Assembly: GCA_951406725.2 (NCBI GenBank)
Contig: OX597818.1
Location: forward strand, 143,716,001 to 143,780,000
Length of the DNA: 64,000 nt
Direction of reading: 5' to 3'
DNA from: Octopus vulgaris
Lineage: Eukaryota
This document shows positions 50,515 to 64,000 of this stretch, piece after piece; within the stretch, counting starts at the first letter, position 1; every line of letters starts with the position of its first letter. The notes under the pieces are model-generated. The model was not told the DNA's origin and searched no databases. It was given only the letters and a program-made list of their open reading frames with translations. Position numbers and translations under genes: made by a program.

Positions 50515-50850
50515 TCCAAGACTTATTTTGAAGCCTGGTATTTATTCTATCGGTCTCTTTTGCTGAACCGCTGACTTGCGAGGATGTAAGCAAAATACTG
50601 CCGGTTGTCAAACAGTGGTGAGAATAAACACAAAAACACACACAATATACACACACATATATATATATATATATATATGCATGAATATGATAGGATCCTT
50701 CCAGTCTTCATCTACCAAATCAAATGACAAGGCTTTGGTTGGACTGGGGCTAAGGTTGAAGACCTGCCCAAAGTACTGCGAGGTAAATGAATAGAGGACC
50801 ACATGATTCAAAACCAAGCTTCTTATCCACACATTAAAGCCTCTACCTAA
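50515..50850 (-). mobile_element. SINE family A, old diverged copy
   Basis: TATTCTATCGGTCTCTTTTGCTGAACCGC and TCTACCAAATC...CAAGGCTTTGG blocks. Confidence 0.7.
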
Positions 50851-51224
50851 ATATATGTGTGCGCGTGCGCGCACGAGTGTGTGTGTGTGTGTGTATGTAT
50901 ACATGCATGTATGTATACGGAGGAAAATTTGATTGGTAGCCTTTAATGACATGACAAAACACACAGCAATAACAGCTGGCAAACTGCGAATGGGTTGGGT
51001 GATGAATTCTGTAGAAATGTACAATCTACTATTTTCAGGAAGGACAGGTTACTGCTATGCAGAAGCTGGTAGCGATTTGAGATTATTCGTGCTCACTCGG
51101 TAACTTGTACTTGTTATAAGATTACCTGGTGACAGGAAGAAATCGGTTGTAGCTGAAACGAAATTCCATCTTACTCCATACGATTTCAAATTACCTCTCC
51201 AAAACATTTATTTATCGCATTTTA

Positions 51225-51274
<50 letters not shown>

Positions 51275-51619
51275 ATAGAAGAAGAAGAAGAAGAAGAAGA
51301 AGAAGAAGAAGAAGAGCAAAGATATATATAACCAGGTTCGGGCAAGCCTCCGAATTGTAGTATAAAATCGATTTCAGTTTCCTGGAATGTAACTTGAAAT
51401 GGAGCTAGCAATTTCTACCAGCTTCACTCACAAGAAACTGTTCTGCTTGAAACTCTATTAGAAAACACTAGCCTAGGATGCCACGTACTAAAATGTCTCT
51501 TCTTTGTCAGTTTCCATAGTATGTAAGTCGCTTGATTTTCGGGGTTGGGGCTTCAGTTAAGCCAAGCAGAAAAAGTAGGGATCATAATATTTCTTCAGGA
51601 CTCTAAAACTGGTGAGAAC

Positions 51620-52290
51620 TTCTTTTTTTCTTTTCACTTGTTTCGATCATTTGACTGTGGCCATGCTGGAGTAGCGCAAAGTCGAGCAAATCGACCCCAG
51701 GACTTATTCTTTGTAAGCCTAGTATCTATTCTATCGGTCTCTTTTGCCGAACCGCTAAGTTACGGGGACGTAAACACAACAGCATCGGTTGTCAAGCGAT
51801 GTTTGGGGGACAAACACAGACACACAAACACACACACACACATACACACTCACACACACACATGTATATATATATATATATATATATATACGAGCAAGAC
51901 GCTCCCCGTCTAATGAACGGTGCTGATGTACTTGCGCGTACAAATGCACGTTCCCTCGGCTTTATCGATCACATTCTCACCTAGAATCGATTTTTGTAAT
52001 TTTTTCAAGACTTATACACGCCCTGATACCGTCGGTATCTACATATCAAATTTGAGTGTAATCGGATGAGGATGCCCAAGATCCTAGAAACACACACACA
52101 GACAGACAGAACGGATTTTATATGAGAGATATATATACATATATACAACGGGCTTCTTTCAGTTTCCGTCTACCAAATCCACTCACAAGGCTTTGATCGG
52201 CCCGAGGCTATAGTAGAAAACACTTGTCCAAGGTGTCACGCAGTGGGACTGAACCCGGAACCATGTGGTTGGTAAGCAAGCTACTTACTG
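51620..52290 (-). mobile_element. SINE family A with a nested Helitron-like element
   Basis: 3' half 51620-51830 and 5' half 52145-52290. Confidence 0.85.
51891..52129 (-). mobile_element. Non-autonomous Helitron-like element (second family)
   Basis: Minus strand A|TC start, subterminal hairpin CCGTTCATTAGACGG, CTCG|T end. Confidence 0.6.
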
Positions 52291-54220
52291 CAGAGCGAGG
52301 AAGTTATTTTCAGATCAAAGAGAGACTTGACTCGAATGTTTGCGACTGAGTGAACGCTAATAAAGACACTCAAGATCCAAGTGGTGGAGTCAAAGAAGGT
52401 GGTGGATTAAGTCTATCACCAAGAAAGTTGAATAATCACTTCAAACTTCTCAACTCAGATATAGCTGAACTAAATTTTCTCTGCTTCTTCTTAACTCATT
52501 AATTTGAGACAATGAAGTCAAAATATTCTATGTCACACCAAAAATACATTTCTGTTCTCAATAAAGTTTAATAGGTGGGGACATTGTTATGTAAGATCGT
52601 TAAACACTGATTTAGTGTCATGTCTTGCACCGTCTTCGAGGTGAAACATTAAATCATGTTCTCGTTGGTCAATTTTTTTTATCTTTTCGTGTGTTATCTG
52701 TAATAGGACATAAACTATAAATAGAAATTGTGTGGAAACTTGTCGGAGGGACCGTTCTTGTTCTTGTTCATGAGGGGTAAACTAACCTGTCGCCCGATAT
52801 AATATCAGCCCTAGCCATTGGGTGCCTTTAGTGGAGTCCGTACAGTTACAAGTATTTGGATCAGATCTCTAATCTGAGGGTAATTTTTTTCCTCCATTTT
52901 TAACGGAAGCTCTGTCTAAAAAGAATGGTAGACGTTATCCTCCCTCTTCTAACTAAGTCGTTAAAAATTACTCGAATTCATCCAATCACGCTCTGACAAT
53001 ATATAAAGTCTTGTATCAATATAAGAAATTATTCTAAAAATAAGAAATTATTTTTAGAAAGATAGAGAAAATTACTAATATGCAGCATACAGTGTTGAAT
53101 TTGTCAAAGAATAAATATATTAATTATATATTTACGCATGTATTTAAATATACATCTTTTTAAAATGAAAAGTATCTTTCGCTGCTAGTGTATTAGACGA
53201 TTTATTTTCCTTGAAATGTCGGACTTCAATATTTCTTTTTTAATGTTTATTTTAGTATTTCATTTACCTTTTCTTTTCTTCTACGCTACTTTCATTATGA
53301 GTGAATTTATGTATTTTCTTTACTGTTAAGTAGCCAGTGAATTTTTCATGCATCATCTTAGAATTAAAAATTCAAATATCATTTGCCAGATTCTTTCTTC
53401 CAGATAAATTAAGACTCTAAGGGAACAGCTTGACAACGGTAGGATTTTGAGTAATGTTCATCTCTTCGTTTATTTGTTTGTTTCTGATCCTTTAACTGAA
53501 GAAATTGGCATCTAGTTGATAAATGGTTCTTTTTTAACAAACCATTATCAGATATTCCTCTTGATCCCTTGCCATTGTAACCTCTGATAGCGAACAAAAG
53601 AAAGGAACAACAACAGTGTTCAGCATCAACAACAGCTTCGATAAAATGTATTCTTTATATTGAACTTCTCAGAGTGATGGTAACGACCGTCTATGATTTA
53701 CATCAACCCTAAGAAGTTATCGCCAATTTTTCCCAGGACCAAGTAGATGTCGTTATTGCATTCTGCTTTATACAAATTCACAATAGACCTTTTAGAGCTG
53801 CTGTCCATGTGGATAAATTTCCTAGAACTAAATTAGATTATACTTATTTAGGTGTAATTCATTCGACATTGAAAGTGGATGATTACTGAATCTATGTGCG
53901 TGTGTGCGTTTGTGTATGTGTGGTTATCTTTTATCATTTATCTTTTATGTTTTGTTTCAGTAAACTGACTGCAGCCATACTTATGGACCACCTTGCAAAA
54001 TTTCAGTCTATCAAATTGAACCCAGTACTTGATATTTTTAAGCCTAGCATGTATTCCATCGTTTTCTTTTACCGAACTGCTAAGTTACGGGAACATAAAA
54101 AAATAAGTGGTGGTAGGGGACAAATACAGACGCACATACACGCTCATACACACACACACGCGCGCACACATATATATTATACACACACACATGTATATAT
54201 ATATTTATATATATATACAA

Positions 54221-54305
<85 letters not shown>

Positions 54306-55420
54306 TCAGGTCATTAAGAGTGAAATGTCCGATTTTCTTATGAACCAAGTTTGTCAGTCGTTAATTCTAATGTTTTATACAGACAATTCTTTGTTTTACA
54401 ACATTGAAGAGTTACATCATCACCTTTCGAAATGCAATTCATAGTGTTTGATCATATTGTGAGTTTTCTCTTGTAAATCAATTTTTGTGAACCCATGGGT
54501 AGATCAAAAGTTCGTGTTGTTTATGAATATGAGTTCCGTCGTTGAACCAACACATCCCAGACACCGCAAAACATCATTGACATGTTTGGGGAAGAGGTGG
54601 CGAATGATCGTACTGTACATCGATGGTTTGAGAAGTTCCGGTCTGGTGACTTTACTCTTGAAAATCAACCCCGTAGTAGTCTTGAGACCAAGGTGGAAAG
54701 TGATGGGCTGGACACTGTAGAAGAAGCGGATATATCTCAAACTACGCGTGAGTTAGCAACAAAGTTTGATGTTTCGATTCCAACTGTATTGGACCATCTG
54801 AAACAAGTCGGCAAGGTAAAGAAGCTGGACAAGTGGGTACCACATGAACTGAACGAGCATCAAATGACACGTCGTCTTGAAACTTGCTGTTCTTTACTGT
54901 CACGGCATAAAAGCGAACCATTTTTGCATTGTATTGTTATGTGTGATTAAAAATGGATTCTTTTCAACAATAGCAAGCGTTCTGCACAGTGGTTCGATAG
55001 AGACGAAGTGCCAAAACACAATATAAAAAAGAATATTCACCAAAGAACTTGCAATTAAACAACCGAAATTGGTCAATAGAAACAACACTCGACCACATGT
55101 TGCACAAAGAATGCTACTCGAGTTACAGGAACTGAAATTGGAATTACTCTGTCATCCTCTATATTTACCATACTTTGCACCAACTGACTATCACGTTTTC
55201 CAGGTATTAGACAACTTTTGCAAGAAAAATCTTCAAATCTGAAGAAGATTCAAAAACGACCTTTCGTGATTTCATCACCTGTTGCTCTCCAGAATTCTTC
55301 ACTGCCGGCATAAATAAACTACCGATGAAATGGCAAAATTGTGTTGATAGTTTAGGTGCATAACAGAATTGCTTGTTGTTGAGATAAGGTAAAATAAACT
55401 TTCAGTTCAAAATCGGACAT
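54306..55420 (+). pseudogene. Decayed mariner (Hsmar1/SETMAR-like transposase), nested in a family A SINE (53940-55620)
   Basis: RWFEKFRSG, WVPHEL, CD*KW, RPH, APTDYH; TIR remnants ATGTCCGATTTT / AAAATCGGACAT. Confidence 0.9.
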
Positions 55421-55440
55421 TATACATACCTCCCCCCCCC

Positions 55441-55484
<44 letters not shown>

Positions 55485-55745
55485 GCGAGGGGATTCTTTC
55501 AGTTTCTGCCTACCAAATCCACTTACAAGGCTTTGGTTGACTCGAGATTATTCTAGAAAACACATGGACTGAAATCGGAATCATAAGGTTGGGAAGTAAG
55601 CATTTTATCACTGAGTAAATCTACGCATATACATTAAATGCATGCATACATATATAAATACATATATACATACATATGTATATATGTATTTATGTTTGTA
55701 TGTATGTATATAAATATATATATATTATATTCACACATATAAGTG

Positions 55746-55792
<47 letters not shown>

Positions 55793-56038
55793 GAAAAGTA
55801 ACACACCAGTTGATATGTATAAGGAAAATGAGACAAGGTAGAAAATGCTATAATTTTATCATGGATTACATTTTAATACTGGTTTCCGACTTGTAGATTT
55901 TTCAACTAAGAGTAAAATAAAAAAAAATAATTAAATTGGAGAAAAAAATTATGTGATATGCTTTGTAGATATTTCTATAGTCTTTAAATCGGTAAATATT
56001 TCCATAGTCTTCAGATAGTCTCTCATTCTCTCTCTCTC

Positions 56039-56084
<46 letters not shown>

Positions 56085-56777
56085 TTTGTGAATGCCTTGT
56101 AGGTGGATAGTAGTAAATCTGAAGGGGTAGTTTGGGTACAGAGAATTGATGGTTTAAACAGGAGAGGCCGAAAGAGAAGAAGAAGAAGAAGAAGAAGAAG
56201 AAGAAGAAGAAGAAGAAGAAGAAGAAGAAAAAGAAGAAGAAGAAGGTCGATGATGAGGAGAAGATTAAGGAGGAAGAGAAGTTGGGGTATGGAAAGAAGA
56301 GGGAGAAGGAGAAAGAGAAAGAAAAGAAAAATACAGGAGTGCTATGACAGTGAATTGTTGGTGGAATCTTCTTTAATGGTCAAATGACCTAAAAGTGACC
56401 TGTTGTGGTCGTAGCAGTAGTGGTTGGAATTGTTCTAAATTCTTGTAGTAGTTTCATTAGTGGTGGTGGCGGCATTCAAAACAGGTTTATATTGATGCGA
56501 TAAAATATGCTTCTTTGCTAATGCGCTGATTATAGGTTACATTGTTCTTGAATTTATAGATGGGAAAAATTCTAAAGTTGGGTTGATCGTTAGTGGCGCA
56601 AATATCGATGTGCTCGCTTAATCCTATTTTGTTGTATTCTCATATTTTAATCTGGGTTCTATTATTTTAGCATTTTCTACCTTGTCTTATTTTCCCTATA
56701 TATGTGTGTATGTGTGGGGTGAGTGTGTGGGTGCGTGTGTGTTTGGGTGGGTGGATCAAAACAGTTTGATTCAAAAT

Positions 56778-56875
56778 CCTTGGTACTCTTGAGTTTCGAG
56801 GGTGTCGCTAGTATACAGCCATCAGACTCCGATAGTTGAAGACTAGCGACACACTTGAAACTCAGAGTACCATGG
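56778..56875. other. ~98-nt near-perfect hairpin (MITE or pre-miRNA-like)
   Basis: GGTACTCTTGAGTTTCGAGGGTGTCGCTAGT pairs with ACTAGCGACACACTTGAAACTCAGAGTACC. Confidence 0.7.
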
Positions 56876-57034
56876 TCAATAAATGTGTTGAGATCCCTTT
56901 TTTCGTTTATCTATTCACATGTATGTATATTCACTGTATGTATATATATATGCGTGTGTGTGTGTGTGTGTGTGCGTGTGTGTATGTAAATGCATGTGTG
57001 TCTCTGTGCTGTGTGTGTATGATTACATAAGCCA

Positions 57035-57354
57035 GACTGGCACTCCGTCGGTTACGACGGCGATGTACCGGATGATCCGATCAACGGAACAACCTGTTCG
57101 TAAAATTAACGTGCAAGTGGTTGAGCGCCCCACAAACATGCGTACCCTTAATGTAGTTCTAAGGGAGATTTAGCATGACACAGGATATGACAAGGCTAAA
57201 CCTTTGAATTACGTATCCAACTCATTTTTGACAAATGAGTGGATTAGAGCAGTGTAAAATAGTGTCTTGCTCAAGAACACAACGCACCACCAGGAATCGA
57301 ACTTATGACCTTATGATCGTGTGCCAAATACCATAACCACTAAGCCACGCGCCT
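57035..57354 (-). mobile_element. SINE family C (tRNA head)
   Basis: Minus strand GGCGCGTGGCTTAGTGGTT (A box), AGTTCGATTCC (B box), GTGTTCTTGAGCAAGACACT. Confidence 0.75.
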
Positions 57355-57398
57355 TACCATATAATTATATATACATGTATAAATACACATTCTTATAT

Positions 57399-57451
<53 letters not shown>

Positions 57452-58299
57452 CATATATAAATACATATTTATTTGTATACATACATGCACACACACACAC
57501 ACACACGCATCCACACAGACATACACAAACACACACACACACATTTATATATATATATGCATATACATGCAAATACAGTTACAGTCACATACACGCACGC
57601 ACGTGCGTGCACACGAAAAAGAGGGAAGTCATTGAAAATTCCCACCTCACTTCCAAACTACCATCCCGGTATTGACACACACAAAAAATGAATAACTTGG
57701 GAAACTCTCTGCCCACACCCTAAAGGACTCAGTTCCCATCTGCAGAACCAGCAGAGATATTAAGAACTGATTTACAAATATTAACAAATCTAGATTGCTC
57801 GGTCGCTTTAAGGCCTTGTCCTTGCACAATGTCATTGTGTCACCTGTGAAAACTCCCGAGAAGATCAGTTGTTTTTTTTTTGGTGGGGTGGAGAGATGGT
57901 TAGACTTACAAAGAAGCCTAAGCTCTATCATTCTGTAAGATCTACCAGCATCCTTCGACTTCCTTTCAGATTCTTTCCAGGTGAGTTTGTGGTAGCACTA
58001 ACAAGAGAAGCCATAAATTAGAGATTCCAGTGATACTAAAGTAGCCGAAAGTAACAGTGAAGTTTTGACAGGTAGAAAGTGGAGTGTTACAAGAGAGATG
58101 TAGGTGGAAAAGGAACAGTTGAAGCAGAGAGTCCTTGTTGGGACTGTGGTGATAGTGTATTTAAGTTTGGGCTACTTTCTAATCTTCCAGATTGTTAACA
58201 CTAAAACAAAACAAAAGAATAGTAATAATAGAATAGTGACATTTCCAAGAATAAGTCCGTGCAGCCGTTGAGGAAGCAAAAACTAACAGGACCCCACCC

Positions 58300-59400
58300 C
58301 ACCCTCCCAGTGCTCGCTGGCACTTATTTTATTGACCCCCAAAGGATGAAAAGCAAAGTCAAACTCAGCGAAATTTGAACTCAGAACGTAAAGACAGACC
58401 AAATGCCTCCAAGCATTTTGTCATCGTGCTAACGATTCTGCCCGCTCACCGCCGTTGGACAGTTGAATATATGATACATAAAACCAACATTTATAGTAAT
58501 AAAAATTGGTCTTACACTAACAACGCAGTCACCTACCACAATACAGATTAAATGAAAAGATGTATTAGCTAATGTAGTCATAAATGGTCCTAAAAGCACG
58601 GTATGGTCAGAATTGGATAGCTCAATGAAGGCAACAACCAATCCGTCAGTGATATACAGTACATGAGTCGTATTCATATATCTAATACAGTGCAATATTT
58701 TACTGTAAATACATTCTACAAGTTGGCTAAGTTGTATTCAACAAGTTGGTTAAGCAAAGCACATGGCAAAATGGGAACCTACTTGAATAATTTCTTTCTT
58801 TTGTTTACTATTATTAGAGAACATGTTTGAAACATTCACACATGACTGACAGTAATATTGTACAAAGATTTTATGAACAATCTGTTAGTGATATAAATAA
58901 TGGAAAGCTTTCCACAAAGCGTATATTTATCCTCCTCTTCATCATCATCATCATCATCATCATCAATACACCTATCATTTGCCAGACTGGCTGAATCATT
59001 AGTGCCTTGCAGTATTTGTTCCACCACTTTTAGTTTTGAGTTCAAATCTCGCTGAGATCATCTTTGTCTTTCATTCCTCCAGGGTTGATAAAATAAAATG
59101 TGGGATTAGTACCGGTGTCGATTTAATCTACTCACTACTACTTCAATTTTTTTTTTGTGCCAATATTAAAAACAATCGTTATCATTATTATTAAAGGATG
59201 GGAGATCGAATGACAGAATCATTAGAACGTCGAGAAAAAGTCTTACACTATTTATTTCAATTTTTTACATCAATTCAGACCTCACCGCGGTCATTTTTGT
59301 ATTGAATTTCTTCGGAGTCAATAAAATAAAGTACCAGTCAGCTACTGAGGCAGATATAATCTCACCCATAATTTCAAGCTTTGGACTATGTTAAAAACAA
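58300..59400. mobile_element. Three diverged SINE family B copies (58300-58455 -, 58985-59170 +, 59200-59400 +)
   Basis: Core motifs AAAGGATGAAA.GCAAAGTC, GTTCAAATC, ATAAAATAAAGTACCAG. Confidence 0.6.
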
Positions 59401-59786
59401 TTAACTTTTCACTTTGCACGAACACACTTGTTTGAATACAACTCAATTACTACGACAATAAAAAAAGATAAGGAACAAGTGCCGTCAATGATTTTGACAG
59501 ATGCATCAAGTTGTAAAGTTCTTTTATTTATTTATCATTATTTCATTTATCATTCAGTACTGTTGCGACTTATTGTTTCTTTTGTCGGAAGTCAAAAAAA
59601 GAAAAAGAGAAAAGAAAAAGAAATAAAGGAAACAACACTAATAATTACTAAATACAACGACACACACACATACACACGCACACATACACACACGCGCACA
59701 TACACACACGCGCACATGCACAAACACTCGCATACGCATACAAGAAAAGAATGTTGTTTATAGTATATAACTACATGTGAATATGG

Positions 59787-59889
<103 letters not shown>

Positions 59890-60640
59890 TGAGTGTGTGT
59901 GAGCGTGTGTGTCTGTCTGTCTGTGATATAGCTGGGACAGATGTTAGAAAATCAATTGGCAAGAGGAAAACAATTTACTCGACGAAGTGTAACTTCAAGC
60001 CTGGCTGGGTTAGGGTGGAGGGTGGGACAAACTGGTGGTGGGTGAGAACAATAAAATATAGGAAAAATAATTAAGGAGGGAAAATAAATAATTTAAATAA
60101 ATATATAAAATAAATTAAAATGTCAACCTAGTCTTACGACGATACGCATTGAACCATAGTGCTAAATGATCTTGCTTAATATACACACACATACACACAT
60201 TACAGAAATATGCTTAACGTATATGCATGCATACAAAACTACAGAGAGATGTATAGACGGACAGATAAATAGGCATTGATATATACATTTGAGTTAATGT
60301 TCATGTGTATTCATACGTATATTTAGAACTTGATTCATTATCAGTTCATACAGATGCTCACACACAGACACACTATGACATATATGCGTGTAATACCTGA
60401 CATGCAAACACATACATATTATAGTGTCATGCACAAGTCCATCTCCATCTGTTACAGATAAACGTTACTGTCTCCATTACATGAGGAAGGAAATCAGTGA
60501 GGAATGGCGAGATGGGGAAACAATAGAGGTGGTGAGTGTAAATCAACTAATGGACTAAGAGATCAAGATCAAGCACTATTCTACTACATTAAGTGGACGA
60601 TGCAATCTCGTACTCACCCGCGTTCACTTCATTCTCTCTT

Positions 60641-60673
<33 letters not shown>

Positions 60674-61286
60674 TACATACACACCTACACCCACACGCAC
60701 ACATGCGTACATGTTGTTAGATTATCATAACTGAGTGTGAGGATGTGTATATATGTGTGTGTGTGCGAATACATACATAGATGTATGTCTGTATATATTT
60801 ATGTACTATGTATGCATGTATGTAGGTCTACTAGTGCATGACCTGTTGTTCGAGCCTGGTATAAAGTAAAACTTTGCTTCATTGAAATATAGGTGCATAT
60901 GCAAGGGAGAATTACGTAAAAAATGGTAAAACAATAAAGAAACATTTAATTGGTCGAAATATGTATCAGTTTTTAACTGTTTTTGTTCCTATATACAACA
61001 TATACAGCAATTCACAAACTACGAGGCCTCTTGTCACTGTCGCAGTGTATATTTTCATAGAAAACATTGCCATTGCAATGCTCAACAACCTTATATTAAG
61101 ATTATTATACTTTGCTTCTGATGTTTGTCTCTAAAGAGTGAATTTATTTAGCGAAGCTGTGAAGCAACATAAAAACGACTGTAGGAAAATAATTATTCAG
61201 TTGCTTTTAGTGAAATGATTAAATGGAAGAAACTGGGGTGGACAGTGCTTCTGAATCGCCAAGATTAATTTGCATTGGTTACTAGT

Positions 61287-61415
<129 letters not shown>

Positions 61416-61441
61416 ATCAGGAGGTAGGTAGGTAGGCAGGT

Positions 61442-61484
<43 letters not shown>

Positions 61485-61521
61485 TAGACAGACAGACAGA
61501 TAGACAGACAGACAGACAGAC

Positions 61522-61583
<62 letters not shown>

Positions 61584-61685
61584 GTCGGGAGGTAGGTAGG
61601 TAGGCAGGTAGACACATACACACATACATACACACATACATACATACATACATACATACATACATACATACATACATACATACAT

Positions 61686-63445
61686 AATAAAACAATAGCC
61701 CACAATGCGTTCGCAGTGCCAGTACTCATACCAACATTTGAACTGCTTGATTGGACGCTTGATGAGATCCGAGCCATTGATGTGGAAACCCGGAAAATAC
61801 TAACAAACACACTATTTCCACATAAACAGTGAAATAGACCGCCTCTACCTAAAACGAAAACATGGCGGCAGAGGCTTAACATCAATCGAAAATGCCTTTG
61901 AATGTCGTATCATATCACTACGACAACATCTTTTGACAACCAAGTGTCGAAGTGCATCCCTTGACCAAGTTTGCCATAAGACTTGGAAGACAGCTCCTTG
62001 AGCAACATTCTTTGTCTGATAACCTTAAATATATGCTCAAAGAAGTCGCACCACCCTACCGCAACGTATCATCGGATAAAAGGATGAGCATATATAAACA
62101 TACATGGACATGTTAGTAGAAAGCACAGAGATGATAGTAACATAGATCACCAAAGAAGTCTATCATGGAGCAACAACTGGATTACCACCTCCCACTTCGT
62201 TTACAGTCCTGGAAAAGGAAATATCAACCAAATACCAGATGCGCAAAAGGAACAGAGATACCGGAAAAGTAATGAAACGTGACAGGTGATGCAGACTTTG
62301 TCGAGTTAAGACCGCAGATATCACCCACATAATAAACAGTTGTCCAAAAATGTCATCTTGGTATTATCTACCGATAAGACATAATGTTGTAGCAAAGACA
62401 GTGTATAACGAGATCTGCCGAAAGGATAACCCCGAGGAGAAAGAAGTAAGAACCACAATATGGTGGAAACCATAGCCATAATAAAAAGATGTACTGGTGG
62501 AATGACCCAGCGAAAACCTCAATAAAATGTAAACACAATAGACCTGATATAATGATTTAGGATGGAGAAGAGAAACCGTGAAACTGTACACAGTTGTAGA
62601 AATCCGCTGCCCTGCGGATTTTAACATAAGGCTGAAGATCAGTGAAAAAGAGAATACCTACGCAGAACTATTGAGAAATCTACAGTTACTCAATCCAGAC
62701 AACATGTTCAAGTTTATACTTGTAATTATTGGAGCACTGGGATGTGTAACACAGTGCCTAAATACCAATCTTAAGAAATTAGACTTCTCAAAACAAGACA
62801 GGAGAAAACTGATTCGAAAACTACAGATCCAATCCATCACCGGAACTGTAATAATCTGTAAAACTTTCCAGAAGTTTATCATGAACATGCTAGATATACA
62901 AGTATATGCATAAGAAGACATACATAAGACAAAACATACAAATCTGCACGTATACATACATACATACCGTTCGTAAATAAATACATACATGCGTACGTAC
63001 ATACATACCTATATACGTACGTACATATGTATGTACTTACATAAATAAAGCATACATACGTAATACATGCATGCATGCATACATACGTACATAGATACAT
63101 GATTACATACATATATACATACGTACGTACATACAAAGATGCATACATGCACACATACATATATACATGCATACATACATAAATACATTCATCTCTGCAT
63201 GCGTACACACACACATACATACATACAGACAGACAGACAGACAGACATAAATACATGCATACATACATACATACATACATACATACATACATACATACAT
63301 ACATACATACATACATACATACGTACATACATACCCTGTTGTTGATGTTGAAATACCAATGAAGGAGCCTTGGGTCTAGATTATAAACTGGTTCTTTGTC
63401 TATTGGTAAGAAATCTTGAAATACACTGAATAATGATATACATAC
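61686..63445 (+). mobile_element. R4/Dong-like RLE non-LTR retrotransposon, 5'-truncated and decayed; microsatellite expansion in the 3'UTR
   Basis: [71 protein letters not shown]. Confidence 0.85.
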
Positions 63446-64000
63446 TGAAAAGAAGAAAGAGAAGGAAAAGAGACAAACAGGCAGAAGAGGAAGTAAATAT
63501 TTTTGTTCCAATGTTGTAAAAAATCATTTCTTTTAAAAAGAAGAAAATTCTAATTTTGAGAAATGCTAGCTTTATAAGTTAACTTACACGATTGTGTTGA
63601 AAATGTGTGTTCATCAGAGTTCATACATTCATACATACTGTGTGAGAGAGAGAGAGAGACGGAGACAGAAAGACAATATATTGCCCCTATTCGTGTATAT
63701 GCACTGGTGTGTCCGTGTATACGCGTGCCTCAGTACACACACAGAGAAAGACAGACAGATAAAGTGAGAAACGAAGAGAGAGAGAGCAAGCTTATACTGT
63801 TGTTCACTCGGTTTTACACAATCGCCTGGCACTTTCGGTGCCTTTAGTGGTTTCCACTCAACAGCAAATATTCCAGCCCAGCTCTCCTGTTTGACGATAC
63901 TTTCCTTCCTCTTTCTTACACTTTCGAAGGACTTGTTAAATGTCATAGACACTGCCTTCTCCCTTGATTCAAAAGTAAAATGTGTGTGTGTGTGTGTGTG

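Noticed and set aside
53409-53610. Possible minus-strand exon after a polypyrimidine tract/AG (EVTMARDQEEYLIM)
   Set aside because: Isolated, with a weak donor and no recognisable protein motif. Cannot be supported without RNA data.
56830-56875. Hammerhead-like TTGAAGA...GAAACTCAGAGTA in the hairpin arm
   Set aside because: No stem I and essentially no stem II. The region is better explained as a simple inverted repeat.

Overview
Eukaryotic, AT-rich, microsatellite-saturated genomic DNA, most likely from an octopus. That assignment is inferred from the SINE families and the mollusc-type 5S sequence as I recall them. No host protein-coding gene can be identified with confidence. Almost all ORF-track entries are artefacts of (TACA)n, (TA)n, (CA)n and (GA)n repeats. 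The real content is mobile DNA: a young 5'-truncated CR1-group LINE with an uninterrupted ~955-codon APE+RT ORF (11310-14262, -), an RTE LINE, a decayed Tx1/L1-type element, R4/Dong- and HERO-like fragments, several mariner/maT relics and MITEs, non-autonomous Helitrons and at least three tRNA-type SINE families. Four signals stand out. (1) A young, GC-rich, non-coding element with a 358-bp period (25097-25785) folds into a long rod ending in a variant type-I hammerhead ribozyme, a retrozyme/Penelope-like circRNA candidate. Further hammerhead motifs lie at ~26.3, ~48.9 and ~50.3 kb. (2) A full-length 5S-rRNA-derived SINE at 44803-45000. (3) A covarying double-hairpin 3' tail shared by the CR1 LINE, the main tRNA SINE, the 5S SINE and an ORF1-like element. 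(4) A higher-order (TACA)n satellite and an old, repeatedly duplicated ~55-nt non-coding motif. All alignments and folds were done by eye, and coordinates of decayed elements are approximate.
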